Of a stretch of DNA of 64,000 bases, positions 11,280 to 19,941 are shown piece by piece. The notes under the pieces were generated by a model, which did no database searches, was not told the origin of the DNA, and was given only the letters and a program-made list of their open reading frames with translations. The first letter of the stretch is position 1; each line of letters opens with the position of its first letter. Origin of the DNA: an uncultured Actinomycetes bacterium (lineage in GTDB: Bacteria > Actinomycetota > UBA4738 > JBBDTT01); contig CAVUMN010000003.1 in assembly GCA_963742735.1 (NCBI GenBank), positions 704,001-768,000 of the forward strand, given 5' to 3'. A program made the translations under genes and the position numbers.

Positions 11280-13391
11280 GTGGCCGTCCTTCGCCGCGGC
11301 CAGCCCGTCGAGCGAACCCGAGCCGGAGCGACGCCGCCACCCGAGGCCGAAGACGAGAACGGATCCCTCGAGCAGGAGCTGCAGGACGTGCCCGAAGCCC
11401 CAGAGGATCTCGACGCGGCCGAGGACCTGAGCGAGCTGGCCGATCCGCTGCTGGACGACCCCGGCCTCCAGGACCGTCCGCTCACGGACGCCCTGGCCGC
11501 CTCGTACGAGGCCTCGGCGCTGGCGCCCGGCCTGCTCGAGGTCACGACCCCCGGGGAGGAGTCCATCCCGACCGCCGCCACGTGGGAGGACCAGGAGACC
11601 CTCATCGTCGACGACGGCACCTCGGCGTGGGACGCGCAGCTTCCCTCCGCCGACCGCCCCGCCCTGAGCCTCGCCCCGTCCCCCGAGGCGATCGCCGAGC
11701 CGGGAGATGGGCCGCAGGTTCCCGCTCTGGGCGCGCTCCTGGTGGCCGGCGGCATGATCACGCGCGAGCAGCTCGCCGCGGCGCTGCGCGAGCAGGAGCG
11801 CACCGGCAAGAAGCTCGGGCGCATCCTCATCGACCTCGGTCTCATGCGCGAGGCCGACATCGTCCGGATGCTCGCCCGCCAGGTCGGCCTGGAGTTCGTC
11901 GACCTCTCCGACTACCCGGTCGACCCGTCGGCCGCGGCCCTCATCCCCGAGGCCACCGCGCGGCGGTACCTCGCCATCGGCATCGGCCACGAGGACGGCA
12001 AGCTCGTGCTGGCGATGTCCGACCCTTCGAACGTGTTCGCCCTCGACGACATCCGCACGATCACCGGCGTCGAGCTGAAGCCCGTGGTCGCCGCGGCGTC
12101 GGACGTCGAGGCGGCGATCCGGCGGTTCAGCCGTATGGACCAGGCGGTCGAGGACTTCGCGTCCGAGGCGGCGGAGGCGGCCGCGCAGGACGAGATCGAA
12201 GCCCTGGACCAGCAAAAGGCCGCGGTCGAGGAAGGCCCGATCGTCAAGCTGGTCAACCTCCTGATCACCCAGGCCGTGAACGACCGCGCGTCGGACATCC
12301 ACGTGGAGCCGACCGAGCGTGACGTGCGCATCCGGTACCGCATCGACGGTGTGCTCCACGAGGTCATGCACTCGCCCCGGAACATCCAGGCAGGCCTGTC
12401 CTCCCGCCTGAAGATCATGGCCGACATCAACATCGCCGAGCGCCGGGTTCCTCAGGACGGCCGGATGAGCGTCACGGTCTCGGGAAAGAAGATCGACCTC
12501 CGCGTGGCCACCCTGCCCACCGTCTTCGGCGAGAAGGTGGTCCTGCGGATCCTGGACACGAGCCAGGCCCTGCTCCGGCTCGAGGACCTCGGGTTCCTCT
12601 CGGAGTCCTACGAGCGCTACGAGGACTCGTTCCGCAAGCCGTACGGGGCGATCCTGGTCACCGGCCCGACCGGCTCGGGCAAGTCCACCACGCTCTACGC
12701 GACGCTGAACGTCATCAACGACGTCGAGCGCAACATCATCACGGTCGAGGACCCGGTCGAGTACCGGATGCCCGGCATCAACCAGGTCCAGATCCACACC
12801 AAGGCCGGGCTCACGTTCGCCTCGGCCCTGCGGTCGATCCTGCGCTCGGACCCGGACACGATCCTCATCGGTGAGATCCGGGACCGCGAGACGGCCATGA
12901 TCGCGGTGGAGTCCGCCCTCACCGGCCACCTGGTGCTGTCCTCGCTGCACACCAACGACGCACCCTCCGCCGTCACCCGCCTGGTCGAGATGGGCGTCGA
13001 GCCGTACCTGGTCTCGAGCGCCCTGGACTGCGTGGTCGCCCAGCGGCTCGCCCGCCAACTGTGCGAGAAGTGCAAGGAGGGGTACAAGCCGGACGAGCTC
13101 GAGCTCCAGGAGGCCGGCTTCCACCAGGACGACTGGGGCGACATCGCGGAGCTCTACCGGGCCGTCGGGTGCGGCGTCTGCGGCAAGACCGGGTTCCGGG
13201 GCCGGCTGGGTCTGTACGAGGTGATGACGGTGACGGAGGATATCGAGCGACACACGGTGGCGCGGTCGTCTTCCGAGGAGATCAGGAGAACCGCAGTGGA
13301 GCAAGGTATGTTGACCCTGCGTGACGATGGCCTCGAGAAGGTCCGGGCCGGGCTGACCACGATCGAAGAGGTGTTCAGGGTGGTCGCATGA
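11280..13391 (+). CDS. pilB: type IV pilus assembly ATPase with MshEN domain
   Basis: ASDIHVEP, ERRVPQDGR, GPTGSGKSTT, TVEDPVEY, GEIRD, CEKC...CGVC; tandem LGxxL..G..Q motifs; start uncertain. Confidence 0.93.
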   Translation: MAVLRRGQPVERTRAGATPPPEAEDENGSLEQELQDVPEAPEDLDAAEDLSELADPLLDDPGLQDRPLTDALAASYEASALAPGLLEVTTPGEESIPTAATWEDQETLIVDDGTSAWDAQLPSADRPALSLAPSPEAIAEPGDGPQVPALGALLVAGGMITREQLAAALREQERTGKKLGRILIDLGLMREADIVRMLARQVGLEFVDLSDYPVDPSAAALIPEATARRYLAIGIGHEDGKLVLAMSDPSNVFALDDIRTITGVELKPVVAAASDVEAAIRRFSRMDQAVEDFASEAAEAAAQDEIEALDQQKAAVEEGPIVKLVNLLITQAVNDRASDIHVEPTERDVRIRYRIDGVLHEVMHSPRNIQAGLSSRLKIMADINIAERRVPQDGRMSVTVSGKKIDLRVATLPTVFGEKVVLRILDTSQALLRLEDLGFLSESYERYEDSFRKPYGAILVTGPTGSGKSTTLYATLNVINDVERNIITVEDPVEYRMPGINQVQIHTKAGLTFASALRSILRSDPDTILIGEIRDRETAMIAVESALTGHLVLSSLHTNDAPSAVTRLVEMGVEPYLVSSALDCVVAQRLARQLCEKCKEGYKPDELELQEAGFHQDDWGDIAELYRAVGCGVCGKTGFRGRLGLYEVMTVTEDIERHTVARSSSEEIRRTAVEQGMLTLRDDGLEKVRAGLTTIEEVFRVVA

Positions 13392-14506
13392 GCATGCGGT
13401 CGCTGGGGCAGCAGACGCCCCAGATCGAGATCGGGGAGCTTCTCGACCTGTGTCTCGAGCGCGACGCGAGCGACCTCCACCTCACGGTGGGGACGTCGCC
13501 GATCCTGCGCGTGAACGGCTCGCTGACCCGGATCGAGCAGTTCCCAGAGCTCCAGCCCGACGAGCTGCGCCGGATGATCTACGCGATCCTCACCCAGAAG
13601 CAGCGGGAGCGCCTCGAGGAGGAGCTGGAGCTCGACCTGTCCTACAACCACCCCGGGAAAGCCCGGTTCCGGGTGAACGTCTACATCCAGCGCGACGCGC
13701 TCGGCGCCGCGTTCCGGTTCATCCCCTTCAAGATCCGCACCGTCGAGGAGCTCGGGCTCCCGCCGATCGTGGCCCAGCTGGCCCGGCTGCCCCGCGGGAT
13801 GATCATCGTCACCGGCCCGACCGGCTCGGGGAAATCGACGTCGCTCGCCGCGATGGTGGACATCATCAACACCGAGCGGGACTGCCACATCATGACCGTC
13901 GAGGACCCGATCGAGTTCCTGCACTACCACAAGCGCGCCATGGTCAATCAGCGCGAGGTGGGCACGGACACCCACGGGTTCACCAACGCCCTGCGCCACG
14001 TCCTGCGCCAGGACCCCGACGTCATTCTGGTCGGTGAGATGCGCGACCTCGAGACGATCCAGACCGGACTGACCGCCGCGGAGACCGGCCACCTGGTGCT
14101 GTGCACCCTGCACACGCAGGACGCCCCGCAGACGATCGACCGCATCATCGACGTCTTCCCGACCGCCCAGCAGCAGCAGGTTCGGGTCCAGCTCGCCTCG
14201 ACCATCCAGGGCGTCGTCACCCAGACCCTGGTCCCGACCTCCGACCGCGCCGGCCGCGCCGTGGCCACCGAGGTCATGGTCGCCACGCCCGCGGTCCGCA
14301 ACCTGATCCGCGAGGCGAAGATCCATCAGATCTACTCCTCCATGCAGGCCGGCGCGAAGTTCGGGATGCACACCATGGACTCCTCGCTCGCCGAGCTGGT
14401 CCGCCGGGGCGTCGTCACCATGCAGGAGGCGGAGGAGCGGGCCCACGACGTGGAGGAGCTCTACCGGCTCCTCGGCCGGAGCACGGGGGGCGTGGGCAGT
14501 GCCTGA
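13388..14506 (+). CDS. pilT: type IV pilus retraction ATPase
   Basis: ASDLHL, GPTGSGKST, EDPIEF, LRQDPD, GEMRD, AVRNLIRE (PilT AIRNLIRE motif), GMHT. Confidence 0.95.
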   Translation: MSMRSLGQQTPQIEIGELLDLCLERDASDLHLTVGTSPILRVNGSLTRIEQFPELQPDELRRMIYAILTQKQRERLEEELELDLSYNHPGKARFRVNVYIQRDALGAAFRFIPFKIRTVEELGLPPIVAQLARLPRGMIIVTGPTGSGKSTSLAAMVDIINTERDCHIMTVEDPIEFLHYHKRAMVNQREVGTDTHGFTNALRHVLRQDPDVILVGEMRDLETIQTGLTAAETGHLVLCTLHTQDAPQTIDRIIDVFPTAQQQQVRVQLASTIQGVVTQTLVPTSDRAGRAVATEVMVATPAVRNLIREAKIHQIYSSMQAGAKFGMHTMDSSLAELVRRGVVTMQEAEERAHDVEELYRLLGRSTGGVGSA

Positions 14507-15707
14507 GACCTTCGCCTACAAGGTCCGCGACCGTCGCGGGGAGCTGATCAGCGGCGAGCTCGTGGCGGACAACCAGGCCCTGGTCCTCAACCGGCTCCGG
14601 GAGATGGGCTACATCCCGGTCTCGGTCGAGCAGAAGAAGACCGGCATGTCTCGCGAGCTCACGATCGGCCGCGGGTTCAAGCTCAAGGACCTGGCGGTCT
14701 TCTCGCGGCAGTTCGCCACGATGATCAACTCCGGCCTCTCGCTGCTGCGCGCGCTGGCGATCCTGGAGCAGCAGACGAAGGCGAAGCCCCTGGCCCGGAC
14801 GATCGGCGCCGTCCGACTGGACGTGGAGCAGGGCGCGTCGCTGTCCCAGGCCCTCCAGAAGCACCCCAAGGCGTTCAACCGGCTGTTCGTGGCCATGGTG
14901 AAGGCCGGCGAGGCCGGCGGTGTCCTCGACTCCGTGCTGATGCGCCTCGCCGACCAGATCGAGCGCGAGGTCCAGCTGCGCCAGAAGATCAAGTCGGCGA
15001 TGACCTACCCCATCGTCGTCCTGGCGTTCGTCCTGCTGATCCTGGCGGCGATGCTGCTGTTCATCGTCCCGCAGTTCGAGACGATCTACTCGGACCTCGG
15101 CGGGACCCTGCCCTTGCCCACGCGCATGTTGCTCGGGGTGAGCAAGGCATTCCGGACGTACTGGTACATCGTCCTGGCCATCATCATCGGCAGCTCCATC
15201 GCGTTCAGCCGGTGGAAGAAGACCGAGAAGGGCCGCCACGCCTGGGACACCATCAAGCTGAAGGTCCCCGTGTTCGGGCCACTGTTCCACAAGACCGCCC
15301 TGTCGCGGTTCTCCCGGACGCTGTCCGCGCTGCTCCGCTCGGGCGTGCCGATCCTGCAGTCGCTGGACATCGTCTCGGAGACCGTCAACAACGCGATGAT
15401 CGCGGACGCCATCAACGACGTGAAGTCGAGCGTCCAGCAGGGCGAGAGCATCGCCCGGCCGCTGCTCAACCACAAGGTCTTCCCGCCGATGCTCGTGCAG
15501 ATGCTGGCGGTGGGGGAGGAGACCGGCGCCGTGGACTCGATGCTCGACAAGGTCGCGGACTTCTACGACGACGAGGTCACGGCCACCGTGGACGCCCTGA
15601 CCTCCCTGATCGAGCCGATCATGATCGCGATCATCGGCGGCATGGTCGGCGCGGCCGTCGTCGCGCTCTACATGCCGATGTTCAACATCATCAACCTGAT
15701 CCAGTAG
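14499..15707 (+). CDS. pilC: type IV pilus inner-membrane platform protein
   Basis: FSRQFATMINSG, AGEAGG, IKSAMTYP, VGEETG, LIEP, YMPMF. Confidence 0.95.
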   Translation: MPETFAYKVRDRRGELISGELVADNQALVLNRLREMGYIPVSVEQKKTGMSRELTIGRGFKLKDLAVFSRQFATMINSGLSLLRALAILEQQTKAKPLARTIGAVRLDVEQGASLSQALQKHPKAFNRLFVAMVKAGEAGGVLDSVLMRLADQIEREVQLRQKIKSAMTYPIVVLAFVLLILAAMLLFIVPQFETIYSDLGGTLPLPTRMLLGVSKAFRTYWYIVLAIIIGSSIAFSRWKKTEKGRHAWDTIKLKVPVFGPLFHKTALSRFSRTLSALLRSGVPILQSLDIVSETVNNAMIADAINDVKSSVQQGESIARPLLNHKVFPPMLVQMLAVGEETGAVDSMLDKVADFYDDEVTATVDALTSLIEPIMIAIIGGMVGAAVVALYMPMFNIINLIQ

Positions 15708-15717
15708 CCCTCCCGCT

Positions 15718-15744
15718 TCAGTCCGAACCCCCTCGAGCCGATGG
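15718..15744 (+). promoter_or_regulatory. sigma28/WhiG-type promoter (leaderless pilin mRNA)
   Basis: TCAG-N15-GCCGATGG, 7 nt before ATG 15752. Confidence 0.65.
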
Positions 15745-15751
15745 TGTACCC

Positions 15752-16228
15752 ATGCCTTCGGACGGCCGGCGCAGTCGCCGGAACGATGAATCCGGCTTCA
15801 CGCTCATCGAGCTGATGGTGGTGGTCCTGATCATCGGGATCCTCATCGCCGTAGCGCTCCCGGTCATGCTCGGGGCGCGCACGCGAACCCAGGACCGCCG
15901 GGCGCACTCCGACCTCCGCAACGGGGTGGCCACGGCCAAGGTCTGGTACTCGGACTCGGAGACGTTCTCCGGCTTCACCGGCGGGCTGGCCGGCACGGCG
16001 GAGTCCCTCGAGCCGAACCTGGACTGGGGCGGCCCCGCGGATCCCGGCGCCACCCGGCAGGTGTCCATCGTCGTGGCCTCGGGCGACGACCTGCTGATCG
16101 TCCGCCGGAGCGACTCGGGCCGCTACTTCTGCCTGTCCGACCAGTTCGCCGCGCCCGGGTTCAGCCGGGGCGGCGGCGCGACCTTCGCCGCAGTCGACAC
16201 CCACGCGGAGTGCGTGGGCGGATGGTAG
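15752..16228 (+). CDS. type IV pilin paralog 1
   Basis: Class III signal RRNDESG/FTLIELMVVVLIIGIL; C-terminal FC...C..W. Confidence 0.9.
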   Translation: MPSDGRRSRRNDESGFTLIELMVVVLIIGILIAVALPVMLGARTRTQDRRAHSDLRNGVATAKVWYSDSETFSGFTGGLAGTAESLEPNLDWGGPADPGATRQVSIVVASGDDLLIVRRSDSGRYFCLSDQFAAPGFSRGGGATFAAVDTHAECVGGW

Positions 16229-16286
16229 GTCTGTACGGAATCTGTCGTAGGTCCAATGGATGGTGGCATCCGGACGAAACCAAGCA

Positions 16287-16313
16287 TAGAGTTTCCCGCG
16301 ATCGGGTCGATAG
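16287..16313 (+). promoter_or_regulatory. sigma28-type promoter of putative major pilin
   Basis: TAGAGTTT-N11-GTCGATAG vs extended consensus TAAAGTTT-N11-GCCGATAA. Confidence 0.6.
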
Positions 16314-16393
16314 GGCCCGGTAGCAGGCCTCTGGGGCGCCCCTCCCGGGGTACTTCGGATCGCCTGACTCCACGACGGAGGGAGGTGAAACGA

Positions 16394-16846
16394 ATGCTCA
16401 TGAAGATCAACCGCAAGCTCCGGGAAGAGGATGGGTTTACTCTCATCGAACTCATGGTGGTGGTCCTGATCATCGGGATCCTGATCGCCATCGCCCTTCC
16501 GACGTTCCTGGGGGCTAGGCGGCGTGCTCAGGACCGGGCGGCTCAGTCCGATCTCCGCAACGCGTTGGCGGCGGCGAAGGTGTACTTCACCGACGACGAC
16601 ACGTACACGGGATTCGACGCAGTCGACGGCGAGGCCATCGAGCCCTCGCTCGACTGGACGACCGGTGTCGGTGACGACGCAGTCCTGATCACGTCGGCAG
16701 CCGCGGGTGAGGTCTCGCTTCAGGCCGACAGCGCGTCCGGTGATGTGTTCTGCATCGCGGACTCGTCCACCGCCGGACAGGGAACCGTCCGCGGTCGTGG
16801 CGCTGCAGCGACCTTCCTCGCGTGTAGCAACCTGGCCGACTGGTAG
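16394..16846 (+). CDS. pilA: type IV pilin, probable major subunit
   Basis: Strong SD GGAGGTG; REEDG/FTLIELMVVVLIIGILIAIALP; own promoter motif and downstream terminator. Confidence 0.88.
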   Translation: MLMKINRKLREEDGFTLIELMVVVLIIGILIAIALPTFLGARRRAQDRAAQSDLRNALAAAKVYFTDDDTYTGFDAVDGEAIEPSLDWTTGVGDDAVLITSAAAGEVSLQADSASGDVFCIADSSTAGQGTVRGRGAAATFLACSNLADW

Positions 16847-16866
16847 ACCGACCGACGAAGCAACGT

Positions 16867-16896
16867 GAAAGGGGCGGCCTCTGGGCCGCCCCTTTC
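16867..16896 (+). terminator. intrinsic terminator/stabilising hairpin after pilA
   Basis: Perfect 13-bp stem GAAAGGGGCGGCC-TCTG-GGCCGCCCCTTTC. Confidence 0.8.
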
Positions 16897-16917
16897 GCGT
16901 ATCGAAAGGACGTGCCC

Positions 16918-17376
16918 GTGTGGCGTGATCTGGGCCCCAGGATCCGGCGCGAGGACGGCTTCACGCTCCTGGAGCTGATGATGGTCGTGCTCATCATCGG
17001 CATCCTGCTCTCGATCGCCCTGCCGACGTACCTGGGGGCGAAGAACCGCGCCCAGGATCGCTCCGCGCAGTCGGACCTGCGCTCGGCGATCGCCGCCGCC
17101 AAGGTGTACTTCACCGACTCCGACACCTTCGCCGGCTTCGATTCCGTCGCGGCCGAGGGGGTGGAACCCTCCTTGATCTGGTCCGATGGCGCGGGCGCCC
17201 CGGTGGGGCAGTCCCAGGTCCGGATCGCGATGGCCGCCCCCGGCGAGGTGGTCATGAACGCCGACAGCAACAGCGCGGCGCTGTTCTGCATCGCCGAGCA
17301 GGCAGGACTGGGCGTGGTCAAGGGGTTGGGGGCGGCGGCGACCTTCCTGGATTGCGCCGGCTTCGCGGACTGGTGA
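16918..17376 (+). CDS. type IV pilin paralog 3
   Basis: RREDG/FTLLELMMVVLIIGILL; shares AAAKVYFTD and AAATFLxC..ADW with pilA; GTG 16918 fits SD AAAGGA (alternative start 16912). Confidence 0.9.
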   Translation: MWRDLGPRIRREDGFTLLELMMVVLIIGILLSIALPTYLGAKNRAQDRSAQSDLRSAIAAAKVYFTDSDTFAGFDSVAAEGVEPSLIWSDGAGAPVGQSQVRIAMAAPGEVVMNADSNSAALFCIAEQAGLGVVKGLGAAATFLDCAGFADW

Positions 17377-17486
17377 CGCCCGCGGGCGTACCCTGATCGG
17401 GACATGTCCCCGCGAATCCCCCAAATGGCCGACGGCCGGACGTCCCCTTTCGAGGAAACCCGGTCCGGGTGGAGAATTGATCCAAC

Positions 17487-19286
17487 GTGAGCACGATCGC
17501 GCCCTTGCTCGCCTGGCTTCGCCGCCGGCTCCGAACCGAGGAGCGAGGCTTCACTCTCGTTGAGCTCATGGTGGCCCAGGGGATCATCCTGGTCTCGCTG
17601 CTGTCCCTGGCCTACACCGCGACGATCGGGTTCACCGACATCGCGCTCGCCCGGCAGCGGCAGGGCGCCAACGGGCTCGCCAACCGGCTCATCGAACAGG
17701 TGCGGGCCCTGCCCTTCCAGCACATCCAGACGGGCCTGTCGACGACCGACTCCACGGTCGTCGCCGGTGGCGACAGCGGCAAGATCCTGGGGAGCGGGTG
17801 CGGCACCGGGAACCTGTGCTACCGGCCGACGACGACGGCTCCGCTGGAGCGCATCGCCCGCGGCAACAATCCGGCCTCCGTACCCCTCAACCCCCACCGG
17901 GCGACCACGACCGTGGGCGTGACCCCGTACACGCGCTACGTCTACATCACCGTCGTCAACAACGACCTCACCCTGAACGCGTACCGGATCACGGTGGTGG
18001 TCGAGTGGACGCCGCCCCACCGGGGCGCCGTCCGGGCCAGCGTCCAGGCCCAGACGATCGCGTACTCCCCACAGGGGTGCACGTCGACGGCCACCCATCC
18101 CTTCGCCGCTCCCTGCCAGCCGTTCATCTACTCGGGGGCGCAGCTGCCGGCGGCGAGCATCCAGGTCATCCCGGAGCCCAACCAGTCGTTCACCGGCGGG
18201 ATCCGAGGGCTCGACCTCGAGAAGGCCTCCATCTACTCCGTGGGCCAGTCGGCGAACGCCCAGGCCGAGCAGGTCACCGCGGTCGCCGGCCGGGCCCTCA
18301 CGTCGGGGATCGACCTCAAGCGCATCGGCGTCTCGGCCACGCCGTCCGGGCAGCAGGTCGTGCTCTCGACGGCGGACAACGACCCCAGCCAGCCCGGAGG
18401 GGAGCACGACGACCTGAGCTCCGTGCTGGGCAGCGGCGGGACGACCCTGTCGCTCGTCGACGACGACCTCTTCGCGGTGAGCCACACGGCCGGCGACACG
18501 ATCAGCGCGATGGGCACCATGAACGCCGGGACGTCGCATCCCTGCGGCGGGCAGACGGACGACCTGGCCTGCGCGCGCACGACCGGGACGGGCAACAGCC
18601 TGAACCGGGTGCGGCTCCAGGTGGACCAGGGAGGCGTTGACCTGGAGGACGCGGTCATCGCCCAGATGAGCGGCTCGGCGATCGCCAGCAGCGCCCTGGT
18701 GCACCGCGATCTCCCCACGGGACTCGACGGAAGCATGGGCGTTCAGCTCACCCGGTCCCTTCCCAACGTCCTGCTGGGCGGCCTGCCCACGGACTTCGCC
18801 GGCCCGACCGGATGGAACACCGCGCTCGGGCTGGTGAGCGTGTCCGGCTACTCGGCCACCCTGGAGGCCCAGGCGGGGGAGAGCACCTCGGCGCTGCCCC
18901 TCTCGGGCGCGGTGACCGCCGGCACGGTCCAGTTCTGGAACGGGACCGGCTACACGACGATCCCCACCTCGACCCTCACCTCGACGGTGCAGACGTCGTT
19001 CCCGGTGGCGTTCGACGTCACCCGGATCATCGACGGCAAGGACGTCCGCGTCGTGATGGACGGCAACTTCCTGGCCGGCGGGCTCACGATCTCCTCGACC
19101 GGCACGTCCACGAACCGGACTCAGGCGGAGGTCCGGGCCCTGCCCGCCCTGGCCGGCTCGATGATCTACCGGATCTTCATCGGCCCGAACACCGACTCGG
19201 AGCAGCTCCAGGCCGCGCTCACCTTCAACGTGGACCTCGGCACCCAGATCGCGTCGGCCTCGTACTCGACGGCCCCGGGAGGCTGA
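17487..19286 (+). CDS. large minor pilin (PilV-position), module 1
   Basis: EERG/FTLVELMVAQGIIL class III signal; 599 aa Thr/Ser/Gly-rich with paired Cys. Confidence 0.82.
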   Translation: MSTIAPLLAWLRRRLRTEERGFTLVELMVAQGIILVSLLSLAYTATIGFTDIALARQRQGANGLANRLIEQVRALPFQHIQTGLSTTDSTVVAGGDSGKILGSGCGTGNLCYRPTTTAPLERIARGNNPASVPLNPHRATTTVGVTPYTRYVYITVVNNDLTLNAYRITVVVEWTPPHRGAVRASVQAQTIAYSPQGCTSTATHPFAAPCQPFIYSGAQLPAASIQVIPEPNQSFTGGIRGLDLEKASIYSVGQSANAQAEQVTAVAGRALTSGIDLKRIGVSATPSGQQVVLSTADNDPSQPGGEHDDLSSVLGSGGTTLSLVDDDLFAVSHTAGDTISAMGTMNAGTSHPCGGQTDDLACARTTGTGNSLNRVRLQVDQGGVDLEDAVIAQMSGSAIASSALVHRDLPTGLDGSMGVQLTRSLPNVLLGGLPTDFAGPTGWNTALGLVSVSGYSATLEAQAGESTSALPLSGAVTAGTVQFWNGTGYTTIPTSTLTSTVQTSFPVAFDVTRIIDGKDVRVVMDGNFLAGGLTISSTGTSTNRTQAEVRALPALAGSMIYRIFIGPNTDSEQLQAALTFNVDLGTQIASASYSTAPGG

Positions 19287-19930
19287 TGGAGATGCTCATC
19301 TGGCTTCGCGACCGGCTTCGGCCCCAGGAGGGGATGACCCTGGTGGAGATGATGGTCACCACGGCCCTGCTGGGCGTCGTCAGCGCGATGTTCATGGCGA
19401 TCATGGCCTCGGTGCAGTCCGGCGTGGAGAAACAGATCGATCGCAGCAACGACAACGACCAGGTCCGCCTGGCCGTCCAGCAGCTCGACCGTGAGATCCG
19501 ATCGGGGAACGTGCTCTACAACCCGAACAACACGGCCTACCTCCCCTCGGGGACGCCGGCCGGGATGGGCATGCTCGTCTACACCCAGAACAACGCGAAC
19601 ATCCGCAACCCCGGGAACCGCTGCGTCCAGTGGCGGATCATCAACGGGGAGCTCCAGCGACGGGACTGGGCGACGGGGGACCCCACCGGGACCGTCTCGA
19701 CGTGGCGGGTCATCGCCGACAACGTGGTGAACGCGACGCTCTCGCCGCAGGTCCCGGCGTTCGTGCTGGACACCGACCCGAACAAGGGGAGCCGGATCGT
19801 CAACGTCACCATCGTGACCCAGACCAACGTGAATTCGGGCAACCCCATCCGCATCTCGGCCTCGCTCACGGGGCGCAACACCTCGTACGGCTACCCGTTG
19901 AGCGTCTGCGCGGCGGTGCCGGCCGCATGA
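19286..19930 (+). CDS. minor pilin (PilW/GspJ-like), module 1
   Basis: ATG overlaps TGA; PQEG/MTLVEMMV; LDREIRSG. Confidence 0.82.
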   Translation: MEMLIWLRDRLRPQEGMTLVEMMVTTALLGVVSAMFMAIMASVQSGVEKQIDRSNDNDQVRLAVQQLDREIRSGNVLYNPNNTAYLPSGTPAGMGMLVYTQNNANIRNPGNRCVQWRIINGELQRRDWATGDPTGTVSTWRVIADNVVNATLSPQVPAFVLDTDPNKGSRIVNVTIVTQTNVNSGNPIRISASLTGRNTSYGYPLSVCAAVPAA

Positions 19931-19941
19931 GAGGAGGAGCG

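Noticed and set aside
16229-16393. c-di-GMP riboswitch upstream of the pilin
   Set aside because: Class I hallmarks (GCAAA/GNRA loop and receptor arrangement) and class II features not recognisable
17401-17450. Possible (T/C)GTCC-like repeats upstream of minor-pilin module 1
   Set aside because: Spacing irregular (10, 11, 15 nt) and units too degenerate
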